Shown here in pieces: positions 8,717-17,431 of a DNA stretch of 64,000 nt. Numbering within the stretch: position 1 is the stretch's first letter; the number at the start of each line of letters is the position of its first letter. This DNA is from a virus. The stretch is from positions 58,855 to 122,854 of IMG/VR virus record IMGVR_UViG_3300027747_004524; one strand, given 5' to 3'. The translations under genes were made by a program, and so were the position numbers. The notes below the pieces were generated by a model that was given only the letters and a program-made list of their open reading frames with translations, searched no databases and was not told the origin of the DNA.

Positions 8717-11700
8717 TTAACTACATGTACCTGTAGTATTACAGGTTACTGTTCCTGAAACGGTTCCTATATTATTGGACGCATTATTAAAGGTAGCATT
8801 TCCGTTGATAGTTCCCTCGTTAACTGATGTGCCATTAAATATAGCGTTACCATTAACAATTGAAGTTCCGTCGTAGTTAACAGAATTATCATAGAAAGTA
8901 GCATTTCCGTTAACAACTCCTCCAAGGTAACGAACGTTGTTGTCTCTATAATTTTTTGAATTATCATAGAATGAGGTTATTCCATTTGTAAAGCCATGGT
9001 TGTTATTGTAGGTGTAAAACCGAGCCGCTCCTGTAACGATTCCAATGTTTGATGTATTACGAAACTCCCAAGTAGTAATCTCTGCATCCCCACCACCAGC
9101 ATTATTAACATAAGTTAGTCCTCCAACACTTCCGTTTGCATAGCCAGTAACATCTACCGCAACACCATATTCGTTCGAAGTCAAATAATTAAATGTAACG
9201 TTTCCATTAACTTGTCCTAAGTTTATTGCAGAATCATTAAAAGTAGCGTTTCCTGCTACTACTCCACAATTTCCTACCTCAAAGTCTCGTCCAATGCGAG
9301 AGCTGTTATTAAATGTTGCATTACCTTGAACTGTACCGTAATTAAAAACAGAGGTATCGTTGAAGGTTGCATTTTGATTAACAGTTACATAATTTACGTC
9401 ACTAACTCCGCCATTATACGTCCCAGCAGCAGAGCTGTTGTTAAATGTTGCGTCTCCTTCTATTACACCGCCTATCCAAGGCTCACCACCGTTGTTACCA
9501 CCAAAACCTGCACATGAATTGTCATTAAATGTTGCATTTCCTTTAACTCTTCCGTTCATAATAGAGTTGTTATTAAATGTAGCGTTACCATTTATTATGC
9601 CATAAAAGTTATCTCCGTGTTCGTTCGATAGCGAGGCATCGTTGTTAAAGGTTGCATTTCCCGATACAGTGCCTTGACACACTGCGTTGTCGTTAAATAT
9701 TGCGTCACCGACTATAGGGTAATCGTTGGTCACTATAGAAACGCACTTTGAACTATCGTTAAAGACAACAGGATTGTTTATCATGTATAATTTTCCATAG
9801 TTTGCTCCGTCGCCAGAAAGTAATGCGTTGTTGTTGAAGTTAGCTGTGCCATTAACCGTTAAACCTATCGCGAGCTCAGCGTTTACAACCAAGTTTAGAA
9901 TTGTAGGTGGTGTTATACTACTAGTGTGAGTTAAAGGAGAATCTACTACAACTAAACCTGTATACTGATCTGGTGCCGACGTCGAAACTGTATGGGCAGC
10001 ATCAGAGTACCAATTGGACGCGTTCCATGAACCCCCCGATCCCGCACTTCCTGTCCAGAAGTATCTTTCTACTAAATCGCAAGGTGGAGCTCCTATATCA
10101 ATCTGTCCAGACTCATATTGAACATGGTTTATGCAACCGTCACCATTTTGGTCTAGGGTTGTTGGGGATCCGTTTATATAATAAGTGCTGTCACATAAAC
10201 TATAACCACTGTCGTAGTCGCCGTTAGATGGATCGAATGTTAAACTTCCGCCTGAGTAGCTCTTTCCTTCCCAACATCCGTTACCAGTAGAGTCTAGTGT
10301 TGTTTCAACGTTATCAATGTAATAATAATAACTATTCCATCCTGTTGGTTGAATGTTTCCTTGATAATAAGGGTGATAGAAGACGAGGTCGGGACCGTTC
10401 CAAACTCCGTTTCCGTTAGAGTCTAGAGTTGTTTCAACGCTATTAATGTAATAATAATAACCATTCCATCCTGTTGGTTGACTGTTTCCTTGATAATATG
10501 CGGAAGTATTCCAGTATCCACTTCCATTAGAATCTAGCGTTGTTTCAACGCTATTAATGTAATAATAATAACCATTCCATCCTGTTGTTTGACTGTTTCC
10601 TTGATAATAAGGACTACCGTTCCAAACTCCGTTTCCGTTAGAGTCTAGTGTTGTTGCTTGTCCACTAACGTAATAAGTGCTGTCACATGTGAAATAACCA
10701 GTACCACTCGATGAATCAAATGTTAAACTTCCGCCTGAATAGCTCTTTCCGTCCCAACATCCGTCACCATTCTGGTCTAGAGTTGTTTCAGTATTGCCGA
10801 CATAATAATAATAACCATTCCAACCTGTTTGTTGACTGTTTCCTTGATAATATGCGGAAGTATTCCAGTATCCACTTCCATTAGCATCTAGAGTTGTTGC
10901 TTGGCCGCTAATGTAGTAAGTGCTGTCACATGAGAAATAGCCTGTACCATTGGATGAATCAAATGTAACTACTCCGGCTGAGTAGCTCTTTCCGTCCCAA
11001 CATCCTATTCCAAAAGAGTCTAGTGTTGTTGTTTGGCCGCTAATGTAATAAGTGCTATCGCAACTATTAAACCCTGTGCCGTTATTTGGGTCAAAATCAA
11101 TATTACCACCTGAGTAGTGAGCGTTATTCCAACATCCATCGCCATTCTGGTCTAGTGTTGTTTCAGTATTGCTGATATAATAATAATAACTATTCCAACC
11201 TGTTTGTTGAGTGTTTCCTTCATAATATGCTTGAGAACTCCAGTATCCACTTCCATTAGAATCTAGCGTGGTAATTTGTCCATCTTTATAATAAACTCCT
11301 GTGCACGAATTCCAACCATTATAAACTAAAGACGCTGTTGGCATTCCATTTTGATAGTCGGTGCTGTTTAAGCAGCCATTGCCACTACTATCCAATGCAG
11401 TTGCTTGGCCGCTAATGTAGTACACATCGTCACAAATGTTGTAACCGTTGTCTGTTGAAGGGTTGAAGAGAACCGAAGCAGGAGTTGCACCATTAAGTCC
11501 ATATAGAATATTATTCCAACATCCAGATCCATTAAAGTCTAGTGTTGTTGCTTGGCCGTTAATGTAGTAAATGCTGTTCCAATAACCGGATCCATTAAAG
11601 TCTAGTGTTGTTGCTTGTCCATCTATATAGTATGTGTTTCCATCCCAGCCATTCTCAAAAGGTGTAGGTGAAGGTGTAGGAGAGATACCTGTAGGTGAAG

Positions 11701-11785
11701 GCGTGGGAGAAACACCTCCTGCTACTCTGTTAAAAAAAGCTTTTTTAACACTATCATCATATCTAATAATCTTTGGGTTTGGCAT
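8717..11785 (-). CDS. Large repeat-rich, probably virion-associated/adhesin-like protein
   Basis: PSPTP linker; many YYI.G..TTLD.NG.G.W repeats; C-terminal GNATFN(D/N)(N/S)S beta-helix-like repeats; TAAATA motif upstream. Confidence 0.8.
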   Translation of the reverse strand: MPNPKIIRYDDSVKKAFFNRVAGGVSPTPSPTGISPTPSPTPFENGWDGNTYYIDGQATTLDFNGSGYWNSIYYINGQATTLDFNGSGCWNNILYGLNGATPASVLFNPSTDNGYNICDDVYYISGQATALDSSGNGCLNSTDYQNGMPTASLVYNGWNSCTGVYYKDGQITTLDSNGSGYWSSQAYYEGNTQQTGWNSYYYYISNTETTLDQNGDGCWNNAHYSGGNIDFDPNNGTGFNSCDSTYYISGQTTTLDSFGIGCWDGKSYSAGVVTFDSSNGTGYFSCDSTYYISGQATTLDANGSGYWNTSAYYQGNSQQTGWNGYYYYVGNTETTLDQNGDGCWDGKSYSGGSLTFDSSSGTGYFTCDSTYYVSGQATTLDSNGNGVWNGSPYYQGNSQTTGWNGYYYYINSVETTLDSNGSGYWNTSAYYQGNSQPTGWNGYYYYINSVETTLDSNGNGVWNGPDLVFYHPYYQGNIQPTGWNSYYYYIDNVETTLDSTGNGCWEGKSYSGGSLTFDPSNGDYDSGYSLCDSTYYINGSPTTLDQNGDGCINHVQYESGQIDIGAPPCDLVERYFWTGSAGSGGSWNASNWYSDAAHTVSTSAPDQYTGLVVVDSPLTHTSSITPPTILNLVVNAELAIGLTVNGTANFNNNALLSGDGANYGKLYMINNPVVFNDSSKCVSIVTNDYPIVGDAIFNDNAVCQGTVSGNATFNNDASLSNEHGDNFYGIINGNATFNNNSIMNGRVKGNATFNDNSCAGFGGNNGGEPWIGGVIEGDATFNNSSAAGTYNGGVSDVNYVTVNQNATFNDTSVFNYGTVQGNATFNNSSRIGRDFEVGNCGVVAGNATFNDSAINLGQVNGNVTFNYLTSNEYGVAVDVTGYANGSVGGLTYVNNAGGGDAEITTWEFRNTSNIGIVTGAARFYTYNNNHGFTNGITSFYDNSKNYRDNNVRYLGGVVNGNATFYDNSVNYDGTSIVNGNAIFNGTSVNEGTINGNATFNNASNNIGTVSGTVTCNTTGTCS

Positions 11786-11968
11786 GTCTTTCCTTTTTGT
11801 GCACTTACTATTACTTTATTTACGGACTTTTCGCCTAATTTTGAATTAGCTTTGGTAGGTTTTTGGTAATTTGGGTAGTTTATTCGATATCTTCAGCCAT
11901 TGATTTTACTTTTCTGCTTTTTGAGCTATAATACTTGGGTGTTCGTAACTCTCTAAGAAAGGATCTTT

Positions 11969-12460
11969 ATGAAACCTTGTTTTTTTGCTTTGATGATTGC
12001 CCTGACTACTCAGGTTCTTGCTGCTGATTCGACTTCTCTTACCACTCCTGACAATACCAAGAGTATTCTGACAACCGAGCAAGCTCAGACCGCTCAGGCC
12101 GCCCCTGCACAGCAAACCACTGCATCGGCACAGCCTTGTGCTTGTACCTCTAAATGCAGTTGCAATGCTCCTACCCTCTCTTATAGGGGCAAGGACAAGA
12201 TTGCTCCATGTGCTGTCCAAAAGGCGGGTTGTCTGTCTTTCTGTGAGAAGAGCACAGACGCTTGCTGCAACACAACCTCGCAGAGAGTTAGTGTCGAGGT
12301 TCCTATTTGTGCTCCTGCTTGCCCAACTAAGGAGTCTGTTACCAGAAGCCGAAACGGAAAGAGAGCCGTGTACGACTACGGCAGATATGAAGCCGTTCTT
12401 CGTGCAGATGATTCTGGTAACGTAGAAGTCAGATATAGAAAGAGATTGTTGGACCGATAG
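11969..12460 (+). CDS. Cys-rich exported protein
   Basis: Signal peptide (MKPCFFALMIALTTQVLA-A); multiple Cys; followed by a terminator. Confidence 0.7.
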   Translation: MKPCFFALMIALTTQVLAADSTSLTTPDNTKSILTTEQAQTAQAAPAQQTTASAQPCACTSKCSCNAPTLSYRGKDKIAPCAVQKAGCLSFCEKSTDACCNTTSQRVSVEVPICAPACPTKESVTRSRNGKRAVYDYGRYEAVLRADDSGNVEVRYRKRLLDR

Positions 12461-12485
12461 TTCCAACAATACTATTAATTGAAGT

Positions 12486-12519
12486 AAGCAGGCCATGGGA
12501 AACCATGGCCTGCTTTTTT
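12486..12519 (+). terminator. Intrinsic terminator
   Basis: AAGCAGGCCATGG-GAAA-CCATGGCCTGCTT plus T-tract. Confidence 0.85.
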
Positions 12520-12922
12520 ATGTGCTTACACAGACTTTTACACATCCACCACTGCCGCTTCCACCACCACCACCACCACCACCACCACCACCACTACCAC
12601 TACCATCGCCTTGGGAGCTTATTACAGTTGAGTATTCTTTTCCTGGTTGAGGTCTGCAACTTGATGGCGAGTTTTCACCACCACCAGAACCGGGATCACC
12701 ATATCCATTACATCCAAATGATATTGTAACTTTTACATTGCCTTTATTTGAAGACCAAGAAGGTGTTTGTGTAACCGATTTAGAGGGTACACATTCTCCG
12801 CTGTTGTTGCCTCCATTGTCTCCATTACCTCCGCCTTTACACGGTCTTTTAGACGGAGAGCATGATGATTGGCTCTTTAGTTGATTGTTCCAAGTTATTC
12901 TCTCTAGAAACTTAACGTCCAC
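12518..12922 (-). CDS. Gly/Ser/Cys-rich low-complexity protein
   Basis: GTG start with GGAGA RBS; CATAAATA upstream; poly-Gly near the C-terminus. Confidence 0.6.
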   Translation of the reverse strand: MDVKFLERITWNNQLKSQSSCSPSKRPCKGGGNGDNGGNNSGECVPSKSVTQTPSWSSNKGNVKVTISFGCNGYGDPGSGGGENSPSSCRPQPGKEYSTVISSQGDGSGSGGGGGGGGGGGSGSGGCVKVCVST

Positions 12923-12969
12923 ATTATCTCCTTTGTTCTATTTATGTAGAAACTAAGGAGATGTTAAAG

Positions 12970-13042
12970 AGCCGATGGTCGGAGTCGAACCGACGACAGG
13001 CAGTTTACAAAACTGCTACTCTACCAACTGAGTTACATCGGC
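12970..13042 (-). tRNA. tRNA-Thr(UGU), CCA not encoded
   Basis: Full cloverleaf: GCCGATG/CATCGGC acceptor, ACTC/GAGT D-stem, GCAGT-TT TGT AA-ACTGC, GTCGG-TTCGACT-CCGAC. Confidence 0.95.
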
Positions 13043-13100
13043 ATAAGCGTTTCGTATTCTCGATCTTGAGAAATTGTGAAAACCAAGATGTCTTAGATTA

Positions 13101-13155
13101 TACCACCTTTTTGACGCTGACACAATTCTTCTTCGCTTTTGTCAAAAAGGTGGTA
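13101..13155. repeat. Perfect 15-bp inverted repeat over the tRNA-Thr promoter
   Basis: TACCACCTTTTTGAC (13101-13115), 25-nt spacer, GTCAAAAAGGTGGTA (13141-13155); minus-strand TGgTATAAT overlaps the left arm. Confidence 0.8.
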
Positions 13156-13218
13156 AAAACGCCTAAATATAGATAGTGGGCATGTACCCAATTTTAAAAC
13201 AACAACATTACCTTAACA

Positions 13219-14049
13219 ATGAATAATTCAACCACACTAATCGTCGCAACTTGGGCTCGTCAAGATTCGCTGGATATTTCCAAAAGTATGTTGGTTAGAT
13301 CTTTTAAGAAACATAATCCTTTAGATTCTATTTATCATATTCATTTTAATCGTATCAACTACGCAGCATTAGAGCTAGAGTTTGCTGGTAAGTATGGGTA
13401 TCAATTTGAGTTCATACTTTATAGAATTTTTCTTCTTAGAGATGCTTTGAAAAAGGCCTACTTAAAAGAAGACTTTGAAAGAGTTGTTTTTTGCGACACA
13501 TCAGATGTGATTTGCCAGGGTTCTATTCAAGATATACCTAACAGTTTCGACTTGGATTCTTATGTGATATTCGGAGCAGAAAAGAATCAATGGCCCGGTG
13601 TAGAGGCAAAGAAACAATGGGCTAACTATAACGATTATTCTTCTTTTGATCTTAATAATCGTTATTTCATTAATGCTGGGGTTGTTTTGTCTAAACTCGA
13701 ATTATTCATTGACTTATTGGATCAATGTGTTTATAAGGCGCTTCCTACATTCCCTCGTTCATTAAATACTCTTGCTTATGCTGGAGATCAAGGCGTTTAC
13801 ACATATTATTACAACAACTTGAATTCTAAAGCAGTAACTCCTAAAATAAAATTAGATTATGGTAATTTTTTGGCACTCAATACGTTTTCAACATCTTTGG
13901 ACGATTACTACTTTCACAATGAAAAGGTTTACTCAAATCATACTGGGGTCGCACCAGTTTTTGTGCATGATAATGGTTGCAATCACCATGGGAGCCCAAG
14001 ACTCACTCAGGTGTTCAATCTAAACAAATTGTACGAGGATGAAACATGA
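13219..14049 (+). CDS. GT-A glycosyltransferase resembling the PLOD/LH3 GT domain
   Basis: VVFCDTSDV, IFGAEKNQWP, YFINAGV, DQGVYT, KLDY and P.FVH.NG motifs. Confidence 0.65.
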   Translation: MNNSTTLIVATWARQDSLDISKSMLVRSFKKHNPLDSIYHIHFNRINYAALELEFAGKYGYQFEFILYRIFLLRDALKKAYLKEDFERVVFCDTSDVICQGSIQDIPNSFDLDSYVIFGAEKNQWPGVEAKKQWANYNDYSSFDLNNRYFINAGVVLSKLELFIDLLDQCVYKALPTFPRSLNTLAYAGDQGVYTYYYNNLNSKAVTPKIKLDYGNFLALNTFSTSLDDYYFHNEKVYSNHTGVAPVFVHDNGCNHHGSPRLTQVFNLNKLYEDET

Positions 14050-14279
14050 ATGTTTGGCTTAAGTTCAATAGAGCCAGAAAGATAGCAGAGTTCTTACAAA
14101 AAAAGTACTTTGATATGCACTACGGCGATCCAGATGACCCCTTAGAATTTAAAATTCTAGAAGATCTTTGGAGTCATCCTCTGCACACCGTAGATATGTC
14201 TCTAAATATAGTTTGGGACGATAGAGATCGTCTTGTTTGGCTTCAGGTAGGAGTGAGAGAAGGATCGGTCCCCAGATAA
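14046..14279 (+). CDS. Hypothetical protein
   Basis: ATGA overlap with the previous gene. Confidence 0.55.
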   Translation: MNVWLKFNRARKIAEFLQKKYFDMHYGDPDDPLEFKILEDLWSHPLHTVDMSLNIVWDDRDRLVWLQVGVREGSVPR

Positions 14280-14372
14280 GGCTTTGACGCATCCGCCATG
14301 TGTGGAAGGCGATCTTGGGTCGTCAATTTTGGCGACCCTTGCATTTTTATTGTTTTGTGCTAAATTTGGTGC

Positions 14373-14630
14373 ATGGAAAAAGAGTTAATAGATCAATTTA
14401 TCCGTAGATTTGCCTACGGAAAAGAAATTAAGCAAATAGATTCTTTTGGAGCCCATAGTGGGTCTCCTTTTTACTTCTATTGCGAAGATTGTGGTATACC
14501 TACTGAAGCTTTCCCCGAACAACCAATAGTCGATCCCATCAAATCATGCAGCCAATGCGTTTTCCTTTCTGAAAAAAGAATGCTAGATCAAGCAAAAGCA
14601 GTGGCAAAAAAGTTTTTTGGTTTTGAGTAG
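14373..14630 (+). CDS. Hypothetical zinc-finger-like protein
   Basis: CEDC...CSQC pairs; TTGCAT..TAAATT promoter-like sequence upstream. Confidence 0.6.
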   Translation: MEKELIDQFIRRFAYGKEIKQIDSFGAHSGSPFYFYCEDCGIPTEAFPEQPIVDPIKSCSQCVFLSEKRMLDQAKAVAKKFFGFE

Positions 14631-14638
14631 GTGCTAAA

Positions 14639-14833
14639 TTGGAAGAGAAGTCTTTGTCTGAAATTTCGGCTGTTTTTTCTTTGGTTCTTCTGATTTTGAT
14701 TTTTGCTTTTCCTATGAACTTTTTGTGGAACAGCGTTTTGTTGGACCTATTTGGTCTTTCTCCTTCTACGTATTGGAAAATGGTGGGCCTTAGTTTCTTT
14801 GTGTATTTTTTTTCTAAGATAGCTAGGGCTTGA
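14639..14833 (+). CDS. Small membrane protein
   Basis: Two hydrophobic segments. Confidence 0.5.
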   Translation: MEEKSLSEISAVFSLVLLILIFAFPMNFLWNSVLLDLFGLSPSTYWKMVGLSFFVYFFSKIARA

Positions 14834-14858
14834 CAAAACACTCTATTTTTTTTATGAT
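14830..14858 (+). promoter_or_regulatory. Sigma70-like promoter
   Basis: TTGACA-17-TATGAT. Confidence 0.65.
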
Positions 14859-14895
14859 TGAATTAGTTCGGAAACTTTGCACGAAAGGAAACAAA

Positions 14896-15132
14896 ATGAC
14901 AAGTAACATTTTCTGGCAGCAGAAGGATTCCAAGACCTGCTGCAACTCTAACACCACAGCTCAGCTGGACGCTTCTTCTGAGATTAGTGCAACCAGCGGG
15001 GGTTGCTGCTCAATGTCTTCCTCAAAAGAAGACATTATTAGAGAAAGAGCATATTTTCTTTGGGAAGAAGCCGGTCGTCCCGAAGGAGATGGAATCGATT
15101 TTTGGATCGAAGCAGAGAAACAGTTTGTCTGA
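14896..15132 (+). CDS. DUF2934 domain protein
   Basis: EDIIRERAYFLWEEAGRPEGDGIDFWIEAEKQ is the DUF2934 signature; AAGGA RBS. Confidence 0.85.
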   Translation: MTSNIFWQQKDSKTCCNSNTTAQLDASSEISATSGGCCSMSSSKEDIIRERAYFLWEEAGRPEGDGIDFWIEAEKQFV

Positions 15133-15156
15133 TTTTCTATAAAACTCACTGTTTGA

Positions 15157-15194
15157 AAATAGGATAGGAACATAGTTCCTGTCCTATTTTTTTT
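15157..15194 (+). terminator. Intrinsic terminator
   Basis: AAATAGGATAGGAAC-ATA-GTTCCTGTCCTATTT plus T-tract. Confidence 0.75.
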
Positions 15195-15288
15195 GATCCT
15201 TTCATGTGCTTAGGAACGTAGGGGCAATTTCTGCACCTGTTCCCACAACATTGTTTTCTTGACGCCAATTCTTCTCTGGACATTGGCT

Positions 15289-15648
15289 TTATTTCTTTAT
15301 GTGCTTTATGCTCCATGGTTCTCCTTCACCGTTGTTTGCTGCAAAATTGCTGTTCTTTTTAAGATGGCTTGGTTCTCCTTTTATGTGTTTTATATTCCAT
15401 CTTCCACCTTCTCCGCTGTTCATTCTTTTCGGTGGGCTTCCTGGTATGTGCGTTATGTCGAATTGTCCTCCATCATTATTCTTAAATATTCTCTCGTCAA
15501 TTGACATATAAAATATTGCATCTGCACTTCTTGTGGGATACCACTGTGGAGGATACAAGCCTATCCCACCATAACCTAATGGATATAGCCCTGTTTTTGC
15601 ACCAGCGTTGGTTCCTTCGCTAATTAACCAATCTTTGAACTTTAACAT
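15289..15648 (-). CDS. Phage protein with an N-terminal capsid-targeting-like motif
   Basis: Starts MLKFKDWLISEG; repeated G.GG.W.IKHI motif; TAAATA 5 nt upstream. Confidence 0.7.
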   Translation of the reverse strand: MLKFKDWLISEGTNAGAKTGLYPLGYGGIGLYPPQWYPTRSADAIFYMSIDERIFKNNDGGQFDITHIPGSPPKRMNSGEGGRWNIKHIKGEPSHLKKNSNFAANNGEGEPWSIKHIKK

Positions 15649-15741
15649 ATTTTTATTTAGTCATTCTTTCCTAAATATGATTAGAATTTTTGACTCTCTT
15701 GATCGATTCTTGTATATTATTACCTATCGAAAGGTTAGCTT

Positions 15742-16353
15742 ATGGTTGGTACTATCCAACAATCGAAAGTTTTAGTTCTGAATAGGTCGTGGCTTGCTAT
15801 AGGGATAACCACTTTAGAGGTTGCCATAGCCCGCGTCATGTCCGTTTACGCAGACGGAACTCCTAAGGCAAAAATCGTTGATCCTGTAAATGATTTTAGA
15901 TCTTTTGATTGGACTGATTGGACAAAAATGAGACCGACTGCTGGTGAAAAAGGTATAAGAACTGTGAACTACGTTCTTAGAGTACCTGAGGTGATACAAT
16001 TTACAAAATATGACAAGATGCCATCTAGAAAAATACATTACAACCGAAGAACAATTTACTTAAGAGATAACAACCAATGTCAATATTGCTCTTCAAAGAA
16101 CGATCTTTCATTGGACCACATTATCCCTAGATGCCAAGGTGGATTGACTACATGGGATAATATTGTTGTTGCCTGTGTTAAATGCAATCTCAAAAAGGCC
16201 GGAAGAACCCCTCAGGAAGCAGGCATGAAACTTTTAAAAGTTCCATCAAAGCCTAAATCCAATCTTTTTGTGACTACTGTAAAAGTTAAGTCCTGGGAAG
16301 CATTTTTAGGCGAAGCATACTGGATGACGGAACTAGACCACGACCACGATTGA
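15742..16353 (+). CDS. HNH endonuclease
   Basis: RD...CQYC, LDHIIPRCQGG..TWDNIV.AC.KCN.KK. Confidence 0.9.
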   Translation: MVGTIQQSKVLVLNRSWLAIGITTLEVAIARVMSVYADGTPKAKIVDPVNDFRSFDWTDWTKMRPTAGEKGIRTVNYVLRVPEVIQFTKYDKMPSRKIHYNRRTIYLRDNNQCQYCSSKNDLSLDHIIPRCQGGLTTWDNIVVACVKCNLKKAGRTPQEAGMKLLKVPSKPKSNLFVTTVKVKSWEAFLGEAYWMTELDHDHD

Positions 16354-16361
16354 ATAATAAA

Positions 16362-16919
16362 ATGACACCGGCACCAATTTATACATTTTTAGTTAATAAC
16401 ATAGATTATGAGATCATATACTCTCAGCCACTTCCTAGTAGTATAGAGAATGTGATAGGCAATCTTAACGAACAAGCCGTTTATGTACCTTACATAAACA
16501 AGCCATTAAAGAATGGCGATGCTTTTACTCTTTATGGCAAGAGGGCACAAATAGTTTATGATATGTTCATTGGTAAACGTCCAAAGATTTTGGAACTTTT
16601 AGCCACAACAGATCATATTCCTACCTTGATAACAAAAGATTTAGAGTTTGATAAGGTTTCTTTGCCTATAAAATCTGCTATTTCTTCTAGCTATAAAGCC
16701 ACCATAATAAATCGTTCTAGTCGTGAGGCTTTCTTTATTACAAAGGCATTTGACTCAAATGGTGATTCTATAAACATTTCTTTGAGCTCAAACGAGAGTT
16801 TAGACCCTTCTTCTCCTTCTGAATCGTTCTCCGTAAGTGTAGTTGGTGGAGCTATTTTAGAGCTAAAACTTCAAGCTTCTGAAAAGTTCTATTTCACATA
16901 CAATGAACTAACTTTTTAA
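16362..16919 (+). CDS. Hypothetical protein
   Basis: ORF in an operon with the flanking genes. Confidence 0.6.
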   Translation: MTPAPIYTFLVNNIDYEIIYSQPLPSSIENVIGNLNEQAVYVPYINKPLKNGDAFTLYGKRAQIVYDMFIGKRPKILELLATTDHIPTLITKDLEFDKVSLPIKSAISSSYKATIINRSSREAFFITKAFDSNGDSINISLSSNESLDPSSPSESFSVSVVGGAILELKLQASEKFYFTYNELTF

Positions 16920-17428
16920 TGACTTCTTTAGAAACCAACGTTAAAGATTGTTTCATAATCTCTCCTAATAGGATTCGAGATGACAGGGGGTTTTTTCAAG
17001 AAACCTTTGAAAAAGAAAAATACAGTTTTTTACCTGACTTAAATTGGGTTCAATCTAATTGGTCTTCGAGTAAAAAAAATGTTTTAAGAGGCATTCATTG
17101 TGCTTCATATTCTAAATTGGTTACTTGCGTTAAGGGTTCTGTGTGGGACGTTGTTATCGACTTAAGAAGAGATTCGTTTAGCTTTAAGGAGTTTTTCTTT
17201 GCCGAGTTAAGCGAATCAAATGGCAGACAGATTTATGTCCCCAAAGGTTGTGGTCATGGTTTTCTTTCTCTAGAAGACGAATCTTGTGTATTTTATCTTC
17301 AATCTGGTCTTTACTCTGTTTTAGGAGAAGAAACTTTTAAGTACGATAGTTTTGGTGTTGACTGGCCTAAGAATGGCGAATATATTTTGTCTGAGCGTGA
17401 TTCTCTAGCAAACCCTTTTAAAGATTAA
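16919..17428 (+). CDS. rmlC: dTDP-4-dehydrorhamnose 3,5-epimerase
   Basis: D.RGFF.E, Q.N.S.S...VLRG.H, KLV.CV.G.V.DV.IDLR, .P.G.GHGF.SL. Confidence 0.9.
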   Translation: MTSLETNVKDCFIISPNRIRDDRGFFQETFEKEKYSFLPDLNWVQSNWSSSKKNVLRGIHCASYSKLVTCVKGSVWDVVIDLRRDSFSFKEFFFAELSESNGRQIYVPKGCGHGFLSLEDESCVFYLQSGLYSVLGEETFKYDSFGVDWPKNGEYILSERDSLANPFKD

Positions 17429-17431
17429 AAT

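Noticed and set aside
8717-11785. Diversity-generating retroelement TR/VR pair among the repeats
   Set aside because: No reverse transcriptase in the window; repeats are all in-frame within one ORF and I saw no adenine-specific mismatch pattern
11906-12496. 196-aa minus-strand ORF and 12138-12425 alternate frame
   Set aside because: Shadows of the signal-peptide gene 11969-12460, which has an RBS and terminator
12505-12729. Poly-histidine ORF
   Set aside because: Antisense reading of the poly-Gly codons of 12518-12922; no RBS or promoter support
14317-14338. Hairpin GGGTCGTCA-ATTT-TGGCGACCC as a terminator
   Set aside because: The stem is plausible but there is no adjacent U-tract; left uncalled
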